Source of the DNA: Octopus vulgaris
Lineage: Eukaryota
Assembly: GCA_951406725.2 (NCBI GenBank)
Contig: OX597817.1
Span: forward strand, 57,412,001-57,476,000
Length of the DNA stretch: 64,000 nucleotides
Direction: 5' to 3'
A program made the position numbers and the translations under genes. The notes beneath the pieces are model-generated. The model was given only the letters and a program-made list of their open reading frames with translations. It ran no database searches and was not told where the DNA came from. This document shows positions 1 through 12,712 of the stretch, in pieces; the first letter of the stretch is position 1; every line of letters begins with the position of its first letter.

Positions 1-1466
1 CCCATATATATATAATGGAAAGACTGGAAGAAGTAAATTTCTATGGAGTAGTTTTTAAATGATAATCAAATGTTCTTTAGAAACTCTTATTTGCACAAAA
101 AACAGTAGATTTTAAAAACCACAAATATCTCAATGACGGATTAAGTTACCATTTTTGTAGACAAATAAGAACCACTCCTTTGCTGTAAGACGCTGAAAGT
201 TTCCTGGTATGGTGCAATCTCATATCAAAAGATCCTGTTTAATGTCCCAGAGGACCTTTATGATAGAAAAAGAACTAATGAAAGTCATAAGAAACTGACA
301 GAGGGAGTACTTCTCAAAGTCATTCTAACATCTGGTAAAGACACAGCATAAAGCTTCCTGAAGAGGTTTTATAACACCAGAACCTGCCTCAAGTTATCAC
401 AGTATTAACCAAAGATCTGATTAATTCTCCATGTATGGCCCCTTTTGATTTTGAATCAATTTAAAGCTTGGGATTTTCTCCCTTGCATTTCCTGCCAGGA
501 AATCTCATTAACGCTAATGACCGTCTTCCTATAATTACTGTAATTTCAACTTATGAACAATTAGCAGACAGGCTGTGATACTGTTTCCCTCCTGTACCAG
601 AGACAGCAGCTGTGTGATTAAGAGACATGCTTTGCAGGCACACGATTCTGGGTTCAGTTCTACTGCGTGACATCAACAATTTGGATGATAGTGGTGGAGA
701 TGGTGATGGAGACAGTGATGATGATGATGATAATGATGGTGGTGATGATGATGATAACGATTGTGATAATGATGGTGATGAAATGAACATTAAACTAAGA
801 CAGTATCATTGAGAATGTCTCAAGTCTCCCCTTGCACAGTAATAGTATTTTGGGACAGATTCCCGTTCTTACTTACACAGACCAGACATAAATAGACACA
901 ACCGCTACAATGTGTATGCACACACATTAAAGAGACAGTTGGTAGCGTACTACAAAATACTTTGTTACACTGCAGCTAATTGCTTAGAGAAAACTTTGAG
1001 TAGGGACACGGAAACGTGTGTGTGTGAGTGAGAGAGGTGAACAAAGTACTTAAGATAACCTTTTCCATTGAACACAGAAAAGACAATAACAAAAAAAGAA
1101 AAAAAAAGAAAAAAAAGAGAATATTTCCAAGTTTCCAAGAGAAGCTCACCGAAGACAAATAATTGATTTTCTGGAATAATGGAGCTGGTTTGGTTACAAA
1201 AAGGCCAGTTGATTGTTGTTTTAATAGGAAAGTTTATGGTGGAAATAGATTTTTAACAACGCCACCGACATTTACAATAACAATGACAAAAGCAATGACG
1301 TCTACAACAACAACAACAACAATAACCTATAAAAAAGTGTCTAAGCTGGTTTATGATACACAAAGTGATGAGATCAAATCTGACGAGAGAAAACGTTACC
1401 CCTCTCTTTTACTTGTTTCAATCAGAATATGGCCATGCTGGGGTACTGCCTTGAAGGGTTTAGTTC

Positions 1467-1505
1467 AGTGGTTCCCAACCTTTTTTTATGCCCCACACCC
1501 CTAAA
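1467..1505 (+). mobile_element. Possible hAT/Charlie-type terminal inverted repeat remnant
   Basis: CAGTGGTTCCCAACCTTTTT resembles Charlie/MER5-type termini; no partner end or clear transposase found. Confidence 0.35.
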
Positions 1506-2554
1506 AACTTATATAATGTTCTTGCAATCTTTGCAAAGTGGTAAGAATATTTTTGGCAAACAGATGAAAGTTTGTTAACAGAAGAAAATTAAATTCTATG
1601 GCAATAGAGAATAGTTGAAACGAAAAAGAGAAAGCAAAAGGGCACTGACCTTTCCGATACATTGTTTAAGTATGCTCCATATACTGAAATCATTGCGTGA
1701 GAACATTGGTTTTGGAAGACTAGTTCTGCAAGGAAAAGAAAGATTATTAAAAATGGTTGGCGTTGAGATTTCAAAAAAATTATTTAGGTTAAAACTGAAG
1801 CTGGAAATAACATTGGAATCTCTGGATAAAATAAGAGAGCTATTGTTGGTACTTATTACTGGTACTTATTTAAGTAAACCTCACAAAATGAAAAGGAAAG
1901 CTGATGCTATATATTTTGGGCTGAGAACTTAGAGATGAAGATAAGATTAAGGATTTAGAGAGGATTTGGTTCAATATTTTACCAATTCTACAAGTTTACC
2001 ATGGATTTCTTTGGAAGAGATGGACCAACAATTTTTGTAGGAGTCCTATAATGGACTGAATTGACCTGGTGTATTATTGCTATTGGTCTTCTCAACCCTA
2101 CAGAGACAAAAGGAAAAGTCTGATCCAGTGGAAGTAGAACTCAAATACTTCAAACCAACCAATCCTTAGTTTTAGCCAATTCATCTTGTTTGTATTTATT
2201 CAAAATGTCATCACCTATAGCCCCAGATGTGCCTTCATTGGTTCATCAGGGACATCTAATGGCCCCTATCACTCATGTGCCCGTGATTCCTATACAAGTT
2301 ATCACCAGCACATCTGATGTGCCTCTGGTTCCAGATGTCTTCAAAAATTCATCTAGTGTGCTCATGGCCCCAGATCTGTCTTCAGTGTTGTGTCTTTAAT
2401 ATTTAGATGTCTTTTCACAAGTTCATCTTAAGTACCTATGAACTAGATATGTTTTGACCAGTTCATTTGGTAACTGTTATGATCACAGACCCTCACCTCT
2501 TTCTTTCACTGACTTCATCTTTCTAGAGAAGCTGAGAGCCGAAAGTAAATTAAT

Positions 2555-2825
2555 GGTCAGGCTTCATGGACGCAAAGTGGCTGAGTTCCCTTTGAGTGTT
2601 GGGCTTCATGGAGGCAATGACTGAGACCTTTGGCATTATGTCATGCCTGAGAAGACCCATCAAGCCAATCAAAATCACTGTCGTGACAGATACAGGCGTC
2701 ACACAAATAGTACCTATGCCAGCCATAGAAAACCATGCCAAATCAGACAGGAGTCTCGTCCAGCCTTCCAGCCCTGGTCAAACTGTCCAACCCATGCCAG
2801 CATGAACAACAGACTTTAAATGATG
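2555..2825 (+). mobile_element. Family C: decayed RTE LINE 3' end
   Basis: Decayed ORF end (LGFMEAMT..., cf. 41192 copy), shared ...CCAACCCATGCCAGCATG... and GAT tail. Confidence 0.7.
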
Positions 2826-2970
2826 AAGATAGTAAGAGGAGAAAGATAGTAATGAGATGAAGGAGGACAAGGAAGAAAGTAAAATCATTGTAGGAAGAGG
2901 GACAAGAGGAGAGAAATAAAAGAAGTTGTAGAATAGGGAAAGAGTTGGGGTCATGTCCAGTACCACACAC

Positions 2971-3290
2971 CATCATCATTGCCGTTTAACGTCTGCTTTC
3001 CATGCTGGCATGGGTTGGATGGATTAACTGAATGCTGGCAAGCCAGAAGGCTGCACCAGGCTCCAATCTGATCTGGTAATGTTTCTACAGCTGGATGCCC
3101 TTCCTAATGCCAATCACTCCAAGTGTAGTGGGTCCCTTTTACATGCCACCGGCATGGGAGCCAGTCAGGTGGCACTGGCATCGACCACGCTCAAATGGTG
3201 CTTTTTATGTACCACTGGCACGGGAGCCAGTCAAGCGGCACTGGCAATGATCACGCTCAAATGATACTTTTTACATGCCACCGACACATA
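2971..3290 (-). mobile_element. Family C: RTE LINE 3' UTR fragment with about 3 internal repeat units
   Basis: (CAT)n then GTTTAACGTC...CTACAGCTGGATGCCCTTCCTAATGCCAA, shared with many copies in the window. Confidence 0.85.
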
Positions 3291-4589
3291 TAGCACTTAT
3301 TTCTAACAACAGTCTGTCTGTCTCTCAGTCACTTCCAATATAGAATTCCAAAAATGAAATTTAATTCTTAAGTCTAATTAAAACCATGTAAATGTATAAA
3401 GATAGACATTCTGTCCATTTGTATATAAACCCAGCCCAGCCAATCAGTTCCATCTCTCCAATCCATCCAGGAGCCAATTGACAACATATTCGACAAACCC
3501 CAATTCCAACCAATCAGACCAGACAGATCCTTCCTCCACAGACTGTGTGTGTGTGGAGGGGGATCTGCACTTTTAAATGGGTATAAAACAATAATAAACA
3601 GACAACCTACAATAAATCAACTTGAGTTCATGTATGTGTGTGTATGTGTGTGTGTGTGTATGTGTGTCTGCACATGTGTATGCCCCCACTTGTGTGTGTG
3701 TGTGTGAGTCCCTTAGAGTGGTTAATTAGAAGCAATGCCAACAAGGGAACAGAAACAGGTTTGTTAGTTAAGAGTAGATACAAGTGAAGAATGATGAGAG
3801 CCAAGTTAGACTAACAGACAGATGGAAAGACAGACAGACAGACAAACAGGCGGGCAATTAGGAATAAAAGATGTTGGATGAGGAAATAAGAGTGACAGCA
3901 ATAGTAAGAGAAAGAATAAAGAGTAGCATTGGAAGTATCTGACGATGATGATGATAGAGAGAGAGAGAGAGAGAGAGAAAGAGGAGAATTTGGTTGTGTG
4001 AAGTAATCAGAAGTACCGTTTTGATGCCAATCCAACCTGATCAATGGAATTACCATGTCTTTAATAGATCATTTATTCCTCATCAAAAGTATTACCAAGT
4101 CTTTAACGCATAATTTATTCCTCATCAAATGGTACAGTCAGGTCTTTAATAAATCATTTTATCCCCTCCTCCCCCACTAAATAATTTGGAAACACTTCCA
4201 GACAACTTTCGCTTACATATGTAGATAGAAAATATGGATTTTAAACATAGGCACAAGGTCTTGAATTTGAGTGAGTGGGGGGAAGGGTTAATTTGAATTA
4301 ATTAGATTGAATTTTGCCCCCCTGTACCAACTACCCTCACACTGAACTTCACTGGTACATAATTTGTTGCCCCCACCACCACTACCATCACACAAGAATG
4401 AAAAGAAAAGTGAAGTTGGCTACATCAGGATTTGAACCCCAAATGTAAAGCTTTGGAGCTGAATAGCAAATGACATTTTGTCCTTTGCTCAAATGATTTT
4501 TTGGCTCAATCCACCCCCACCACGTATATGTGTAAGGCAGTAATATACCTACAAAACCATGTATAAACATACACATACACACACATATA

Positions 4590-4930
4590 TATCGTTGCCA
4601 GAGCAGCCAACTGGCTTCCGTGCCGGTGGCATTTAAAGGGCACCATTCAAGCGTGATCGTTACCAACATCACCTTCCTGGTACCTGTGCCGGTGGAATGT
4701 GTAAAAAGATTTGAGCGAGGTCATTGCCAGTACTGCCTGACTGGCCCCCATGCCGGTGGCGCATAAAAGCACCCACTACACTCTCAGAGTGGTTGGCATT
4801 AGGAAGGGCATCCAGCTGTAGGAACTTTGCCAGATCAAGATTGAAGCCTGGTGCAGCCATCTGGTTCGTCAGCCCTCAGTCAATCGTCAAACCCATGCTA
4901 GCATGGAAAGCGGACGTTAAACAATGATGA
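4590..4930 (+). mobile_element. Family C: RTE LINE 3' UTR fragment
   Basis: GGTTGGCATTAGGAAGGGCATCCAGCTGTAG...GGAAAGCGGACGTTAAAC then (GAT)n. Confidence 0.85.
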
Positions 4931-5716
4931 TTTTTTTTTTTTATTTAGTTTCAGCTCACAAGCTGTGGCCATGCTGGGGCACCGCCATGATGATGATGAT
5001 ATATATATATGAGTGTGTGTGTGTGTAGAAAAATATATAAAGGCAGTGAAATGCACTGACGAGACCGCACACACCTATACACACATCTACACACACACAC
5101 ACACACATCTGTATGAAAACACTTTTAGGGGAGGAAATATGAAATTAATAAAATTCACTGCAAATTGTTTTTCTAATTCCGTCATTAGCAAAAATATCAT
5201 TTTCAATCAGAAATATGATAAAGTGATTTTGTATTAAATGAAATCAGGGAAATCAAAAGGAGGAAGGAGAGATGTGGAGGAGAGGGGCGATGGGGTGGGT
5301 GAATTTAATTAAATATAGTGGGGGTGGGGGTGTTTTACTAATTGGCAAAGGATAAAGGAAGGCTGTTGTGTATGGTACGCTGCATTGGAGAGTTTGAGAT
5401 GGTTGTTATTATTTAACCCAAGGTTAGTACTGATCAAGCAGGCCTAGAATCAAAAGACTTCCAGCCTTGACGAACCCGTCTTTTCAGATCTTTTGTTCAA
5501 TTTGTTTTTCTCATGCTAACATGGGTTACAGGAATAGATTATTGGGGTGTCATGCAACAGTTGGGCGCTCTTCCTGTCACTAACCTTTACCTGCTTTCAA
5601 CTAAGGGATATCTTATTTCATATACCTCCAAAGTAACAAGGCTAGCAGACAACCTGTCGACAGAGGAAAATGACAGAACAACAGACCCCCCACACACCGA
5701 CCTGCTTACACAAATA

Positions 5717-5830
5717 CAGTAGTACCTCGCAGTACAAGTGTCCCATTGTGCGAGTAATTTGTTGTGAGACATGCAAATTTTTGTCTTGAAGTACGAGCGA
5801 TAATCCGTAGTACGAGCACACAAATCGTCC
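5717..5830 (+). mobile_element. Tigger/pogo-type DNA transposon left-end remnant
   Basis: TA|CAGTAGTACCTCG terminus followed by repeated TACGAG-like subterminal motifs. Confidence 0.45.
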
Positions 5831-5877
5831 CATCTTTAAGGTAATTCAGTTAATAAAAACCAATTCAATTAATAAAA

Positions 5878-6085
5878 CCTATTTCTTTACTACCTACAAG
5901 GGGCTGGACACAGAGAGGACAAACAAGGACAGACAAATGGATTAAGTCGATTACATTGACCCCAGTGCATAACTGGTAATTATTTAATCGACCCCGAAAG
6001 AATGAAAGGCAAAGTTGACCTCGGCGGAATTTGAACTCAGAACATAGTGGCAGGCGAAATACCGCAAAGCATTTCGCCCGGTGTG
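5878..6085 (-). mobile_element. SINE family A (tRNA-headed)
   Basis: Reverse complement of the 8738/54271 copies; B-box GAGTTCAAATTCC. Confidence 0.85.
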
Positions 6086-6329
6086 ACACACATGATGGGG
6101 CTTCTTTCAGTTTCCATCTACCATATCTGCTCACTAGGTTTAGATTGACCCTGGGCTGTAGCAGAGGTCAAGCGTTATTGCTACCACTATGATTTGTGGA
6201 TTTGCTTGCTGGTGATGGGAAGGAATTAAAATGAGATTTGAGGAAGATTTGGTTACAATTTCAAGTGGACCAAGCAACCATTTAAGGCCCTTTGTTGGTA
6301 TTGTCATTTATTTGGTTGTAGTTACTCTT

Positions 6330-6560
6330 GTTGTTTGTGGTGGTGATGGTAATAGTAGTGGTGGTGGTGGTAGTAGTAGTGCTGGTGGTGATGGTAGTAG
6401 TGGTGGTGATGGTGGTGGTAGTAGTAGTGGTGGTGGTGGTGGTAGTAGTAGTGGTGGTGGTGGTAGTAGTAATAGTAGTAGTAGTGGTGGTGGTGGTGGT
6501 GGTAGTGGTGGTTGTGGTGGTGGTGTAGTGGTGGTGGTAGTGGTGGTGGTAGTAGTTATT
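6330..6560. repeat. (GGT/AGT)n compound trinucleotide microsatellite
   Basis: Seen directly; explains the poly-G/S, poly-V and poly-T ORFs. Confidence 0.95.
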
Positions 6561-6744
6561 GCTGATTATGATTTGTGGAAGTCTGCATAAATCGTTACAG
6601 AACGTCAATAGGCAATCAATGTTAAGATTTATTTCTCTTCCAACACCTCAGCTAACCTCAAAACTCACACATCAGTAGCGAAATATTTTATCCCATAAAG
6701 AAGTATTTGAAGATAAACAACAAGTAATATTATAAATAAGCCCA

Positions 6745-7780
6745 ACGTAGGGATTAGCAGATACGGTCAATCCCAGCACTTGACTGGGTTCTTTGTTTTA
6801 TCAACCCCGGAAGGAGGAACAGCTAAAGTTAACCTTGGTGGGATTCAAATTTAAAATGCAAAGACATGGAACTAAAACTGAAAGCCATATTGTCTAACAT
6901 TCCAATGATTTCACCATTCTACCGTTGTAATAATAATAATAATAATCCTTTCTACTGGAGGCACAAGGCCTCAAATTTGTGGGGTGGGGACTAGACAATT
7001 ATATTGACCCCAATGTTTCACTGGTACTTAATTTATCAACCCTGAAAGGATGAAAGGCAAAGTCGACCTCAGCGGAATTTGAACTCAGAACGTAGCGATG
7101 GGCAAAATATCTATTTCTTTACTACCCATAAGTGGCTAAACACAGAGAGGACAAACAAGGACAGACAAACAGATTAAGTCGATTATATCGACCCCAGTGC
7201 ATAACTGGTACTTATTTAATCGACCCCGGAAGGATGAAAGGCAAAGTTGACCTCAGCGGAATTTGAACTCGGAATGTAGCAGCAGACGAAATACGGCTAC
7301 GCATTTCGTCCAGCACGCTAACGATTCTGTCAGCTTGCCACCTTAATAATAATAATCCTTCCTGTGGTAGGCATAAGGCCTGAAATTTGGGTGAAGGGAT
7401 TAAGTCAATTACATTGACCCCAGTGCGTAACTGGTACTGAAAGGTTGACCATGGCAGACTTTGAACTCAGAACATAATAACAGACAAGATACCACTAAAC
7501 GTTTTGCCTGGCATGTTAACAATTCTGCCAGCTCAATACCCAAGAAAAATAATAATAATAATAATAATAATAATAATTTCTATTATAGGCACAATGCCTG
7601 AAATTTTGGGGGAAGGGTTAAGTCAATTACATCCCCCCCCGGTACTCAAATGGTACTTAATTTATTGACCCTGAAAGGCAAAGCTGGCTTTGGTGGGATT
7701 TGAACTCAGAAACTGAAGTCGGAAGAAATGCTGCTATGTATTTAGTTTGGTATGGTGACAATTCTGTCAGCTTGCCAGCA
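6745..7780 (-). mobile_element. Head-to-tail cluster of about 5 SINE A units separated by (AAT)n
   Basis: Repeated GAAAGGCAAAGTCGACC...GGAATTTGAACTCAGAA blocks, all on the same strand. Confidence 0.85.
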
Positions 7781-8737
7781 ATTTTGAAGAGAAGCAATTA
7801 GGCAATACCATTGATCTCAGTGCTTTATTCCATCAATGCCCTCCTTCTATGAAGGCCAAGGGTTGGACAGTTTCACAGGAGCTGGCAAGCTGGACCACTG
7901 CAGCAAACTCTGTTTTGGCATGGTTTTTACAGCTGGACACTTTTCCTAATGCCAACCACTTTACAGAGAGGACTGGATGCTTTTTACATGGCACCAGCAC
8001 CAGTCAAGGTTTATTTTGGCATCATTTTTACAGCTGGATGCCTTTCCTTCTGGAGTAGATACAACAAAGGACCAGTAGAGGGATGGCATCAACGCTACTG
8101 ACCAAGCTGCTCCATTCAAAATTTCAGGCCTTGTACAAATTGTAGAAATCGATATTGTTATTACTATCACTTGCTGTTTATCTGCTCTTATTTTTCTGTG
8201 TGGGAGAATATTTTATTGTTATATCAGTACAGTATATATATATATATATATATATATACGATGGGCTTCTTTCAGTTTCCATATATATATATATATATGT
8301 ATTGGTGTGTGTATGTGTCTGTGTTTGTCCTCCCACCATCGCTTGACAACCGATATTGGTGTGTTTACGTCTGTGTAACTTAGCAGTTCAGCAAAAGAAA
8401 CCAACAGAATAAGTACTAAGCTTACAAAGAATAAGCCCTGGGGTTGATCTCTTCAACTAAAGGCGGTGCTTCAGCAGAGTAATGAAGTCCGCTTTGCAGT
8501 AGAAGTGCTTCCAGTGTTTTGATGCAAGGCACAATTTGGGTGTCTTCAACTGTAGATTGAAATTGTACAGGTGTATGTCAGATATTTTCCTGTCTTCTGG
8601 GTGGGTCATTAAGCCAATGACACATGCACTGGTTTTATTTCACTTCCTTTATTATTACTAGCCAATTGGTTTTATGGCGGTGGGCTGGCAGAATTGGTAT
8701 CATGCTGGACAAAATGTTTAGGAGTATTTTGTCTAAA

Positions 8738-9115
8738 AGGCGGCGAGCTGGCAGAAACGTTAGCACGCCAGGTGAAATGATTAGTCATATTTCGTCTGCC
8801 GTTACGTTCTGAGTTCAAATTCCGCCAAGGTCGACTTTGCCTTTCATCCTCTTGGGGTTGATAAATTAAGTACCAGTTACGCACTGGGGTCGATATAATC
8901 GACTTAACCCGTGTGTCTGTTCTTGTTTGTCCTCTCCGTGTTTAGCCCATTGTGGGTAGTAAAGAAATAGGTATTTCGTCTGCCGCTATGTTCTGAGTTC
9001 AAATTCCACTGAGGTCAACTTTGCCTTTCAGGGTTGATAAAATAAGTACCAGTTGAGCATTGGGGGAGGTGTAATTGACCTACCACCCTCCCCCAAACTT
9101 GCTGGCCTTGTGCTG
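8738..9115 (+). mobile_element. SINE family A dimer
   Basis: GGCGGCGAGCTGGCAGAAACGTTAGC A-box region, GAGTTCAAATTCC B-box, GCCTTTCATCCT..GGGGTTGATAAA..AAGTACCAG core; second unit joined at AAAGAAATAG|GTATTTCG. Confidence 0.85.
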
Positions 9116-9412
9116 ATTATTAGTTAATTGGTTAACTAATCAATTGTTTGATCAACCAACAAATCAGATTTGTCAAAGTCCTGGTATATATGCATACATT
9201 GATATCTGAGAGTGTGTGTCTTTGTGTACGTATATGAATGGAAAACTATGCCAAAAAGTAGACTTTAGCCATTTGTTAAATAGAGATTGATAAAATAAGG
9301 ACAAGAGTAAACTAAGCACTGGAGTTAACGTGACAGAAGTTTCAAAGTTGGATGTTCCAGCATGATCACAGTTCAATGGGTGAATTTAGTAAAAGAATAA
9401 AAAAAAATAAAC

Positions 9413-9981
9413 GTGCTAAGTAGCTTGCTTCCCAACCACATGGTCCCAGGTTCAGTCCCACTCCATGGCATCTTGGGCAAGTGTCTTCTACTATAGCCTC
9501 GGGCCGACCAAAGCTTTGTGCATGGATTTGGTAGATGGAAACTGAAAGAAGCCCATCGTATGTATATACATATATATATACATATATACATATATACTCA
9601 AAATAAGCAACAAGGATATCCAAGGTAGAGTAGTACAATTGTTTCATGCTACTTCATTTTATTAAACACTGAATCTATATATATATATATATATATATAT
9701 TTCATTTTATAAAGGGCTTAGTAAAATAAATTACTTTGCCACATACTGAACTCATTAGAAATAGCAGCCAAAAAAAATTTTTTTAGCCAAATTATTAGAA
9801 TTTGGCTAAAAAAATTTTTTTTGGCTGCTATTTCTAATGAGTTCAGTATGTGGCAAAGTAATTTATTTTACTAAGCCCTTTATAAAATGTAATATTTTGA
9901 ATTCGCCTTAAATGGTCCCTTTACATACTGAATACTTGGTGAAATTGATTAATAATTAATTAATTTTACCCTCAATTGTTG

Positions 9982-10040
<59 letters not shown>

Positions 10041-10240
10041 TGGTGTATGTGTCTGTGTTTGTCCCCCCACTATCGCTTGGCAACTGATGCTGATGTGTTT
10101 ACATCTGCGTAACTTAGCAGTTCAGCAAAGGAAACCAACAGAATAAGTACTAGGCTTACAAAGAATAAGTCCTTGGGTTGATCACTTCAACTAAAGGGGG
10201 TGCTCCAGCATGGCAAACAAGTACAAGCATAAAAGAAAAT
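9413..10240 (+). mobile_element. SINE family B split by an insertion in its internal (TA)n tract
   Basis: 5' half about 9413-9560 and 3' half about 10040-10240 match the full copy at 19081. Confidence 0.8.
9703..9889. repeat. Perfect inverted repeat, 91-bp arms, 5-nt spacer
   Basis: 9703-9793 is the exact reverse complement of 9799-9889; spacer ATTAG. Confidence 0.95.
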
Positions 10241-10469
10241 ACAGTGAGCTAGTGAAGGAGCCTCTATTTTTGTCAAATGACTTTACTCAGGGTAACAGCC
10301 AAGTTTCCCCTCAACAATCTCCCCACCGCCACTGCCTTCAAAATAAAGACCACATGTACCAGCAACGAAGGTCACTTGATTGGTTTAATATAAAAGCCAA
10401 ATATCTCAATGGGAACCATGTGAGCCAGTGACAGAAAGGAGTGTCTGTAGGGTGGGCATGAGAGAGAAA

Positions 10470-10810
10470 GGCAGAGATATACAGATGGACAGATAGATAT
10501 ACAGACAGATGTATGGATAGATATACAGATAGATATTTACACGGATATATAGATATACAGATAGATATACAGACAGATACAAAGATATACGAATAGATAT
10601 ACAGACAGCTATATAGATATACACACAGATATGTAGCTATACAGACAAATATAAAGATATGCAGATAGATGGATGAATGGATAGATAGACAGAAAGATAC
10701 ACAGACAAATAGACAGATAGATAGAGATAGATAGACATAGATAGATAGATAGGTAGACAGACAGACAGATATATGGTTGAACTGTCAGGTAGGTAGGTAG
10801 GTAGATAAGC
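10470..10810. repeat. Degenerate (AGAT/AGAC)n microsatellite
   Basis: Seen directly. Confidence 0.9.
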
Positions 10811-11140
10811 ATATGGATTATCTTAATCCATCCCATTTCTCAGGACTCCACAATTCAAATTCAGCATGGAATAGTATTTTAACAAGTAGAACCACCCAGC
10901 TAGAAACAACAACAACAATACTTCTATTGACTGACATTCTGTTCAAATTCTTCTTTCACACATTTTCTACAACTTGTGTATATTATTACATTTTAGAATT
11001 TCTAGTGGTTCTGACATCATGTCATATATATGTGAGTGAGAGAGAGAGAGAGAGAGAGAGTGAGTGAGTGTATACATAGTGGAAGTGTATGAGAGTCAAT
11101 GATGAAGTAAGTGGGTGATGCAGAGCTGAATAGCTTGTCA

Positions 11141-11189
<49 letters not shown>

Positions 11190-11748
11190 GTCATGTATAC
11201 TCTTGAATAACATTACAACACTGGTGCGTGGGTGTGCAACGGGGGGTGGGGTGATTTCCCAGTAAGGAAGATCACAGGAAACGCATCATGTGATTGAAAA
11301 CATTTTATCTATGTGTGTGTGTGTGTCACCTCCCCTCGTAGTCAGCCTGCTTCTTTCTCTCCAACTACATCCCCCCCACTTCTCTCTCTCTCTCCCTTCT
11401 TGTCACTCTCTCTCTCTCTGTCACTCTATCAATCTCTCCTGCCAATCACCCAAAGAGGTTTTGTTTTTTTTCCTCTAATTTTCCTATCAGTAGGAAAGAG
11501 AAAGAAAACAAAAAGTTTACTTTCTACAACAACCCCACCGCACCAACTCCTCCTGGTGCTTCCTACCCATCCCCACCCCGGACCCTTCTCACAACAGCAC
11601 CACACTAGATTCGTTTCCTCCACACCTAAATTTGCATTTTAGAAACCCTGACCTATACCTAAACACCAACCATATCAATCTCCTCACCAGACTGGAAAGA
11701 CCCGCAAAGGTCATGGGTGCTTCCCATCCTTCTCTGACTAACTTATGA

Positions 11749-11779
<31 letters not shown>

Positions 11780-11782
<3 letters not shown>

Positions 11783-12045
11783 TTGTTTTATTAGCCACAG
11801 GGACATCCTTGTGAAGGGGAGCATCACAAGGGCAGGCAATAATTTGTGTGGGGATTTACATAAAGAACGGAGAGAAAGAAATGGAAAAGGTGGTGAAATG
11901 TGATAAAAGTATATATAATGTAGGATGTATGTGATAACAGGAATGATTCAGTTCTTCGGGTACAGGAGAAAATCCCAACTAGGTTCAATCGAGGAACCCC
12001 TCAGATCCAGGGAAGCTTTGAGCACCAAAGCTATGAGCCCTTCAC
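11780..12045 (-). mobile_element. Possible decayed L1/Tx1-type LINE 3' UTR
   Basis: Minus strand ends ...TCCCTGTGGCTAATAAAACAAAT + (ATT)n; similar to 59875 and to one SINE A tail. Confidence 0.3.
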
Positions 12046-12482
12046 TTTCACTATTTTTGGTACAGGAGAGTTTGTAGAGGCCCTAAATACTGCCCTACTT
12101 CTATAGTTAGTAAATAAAGGAAAATCAAACAGTGGGCTGGCAGAGTCATTAGAGAATGGGGTGGATTGTTTGGCAGTACTCTTTCTGGTTCCCTAGACTG
12201 TGAGTTCAAATCTTACTATGGCCAACTTTGATTGTGAATGGTGGTGCCTTGGCACAGCGTTTGGACTGTAACACATGGAAGAACAAAGGAATAATGTATG
12301 AAGTAAAAAAGGACAACAACTGAGTCTGGAGCAAGGAATCTTCCACAATACAGTGCGACCAAAGGTTAACAGGAGGGTAAATGGTTTGGATGTTCAACAA
12401 TCCTCAGTCATACATTATTCGATCACTCCCAAACATTGCTCTCTTCACATCACTCACTGTAACTCATTATACCATACTTTTT

Positions 12483-12712
12483 TGACTTGACTTGAGACAG
12501 CATTCACCTGGGGTGGGTTGAGCTGGCTTCATTCATCCTCAATGCTACATCTCTTACAAATGCCGACCAGACCTGGCGATTTGAGGCTAACGACCGCGTG
12601 ATCTCCAGCCACACTTTATTCCAGCGGCGAACGCCATAGATATGGGGGCCTAGGTTGGGTTCCAGATCAGCCTTGACTGTCATCAGTCAGGTTTTTCATT
12701 GTCCACCACATC
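12483..12712 (-). pseudogene. RTE-clade LINE ORF C-terminus and tail (second RTE family), decayed
   Basis: Manual translation GGQ*KT*LMTVKADLEPNLGPHIYGVRRWNKVWLEITRSLASNRQVWSAFVRDV...; (CAAGT)n tail. Confidence 0.75.

Noticed and set aside
1380-1400. Other CTGANGA hits (1380, 5056, 14030 minus, 42231)
   Set aside because: No stem II closed by GAAA and no stem I pairing
1615-1932. 105-aa ORF downstream of the hAT-like end
   Set aside because: No recognisable transposase motif; non-ATG start
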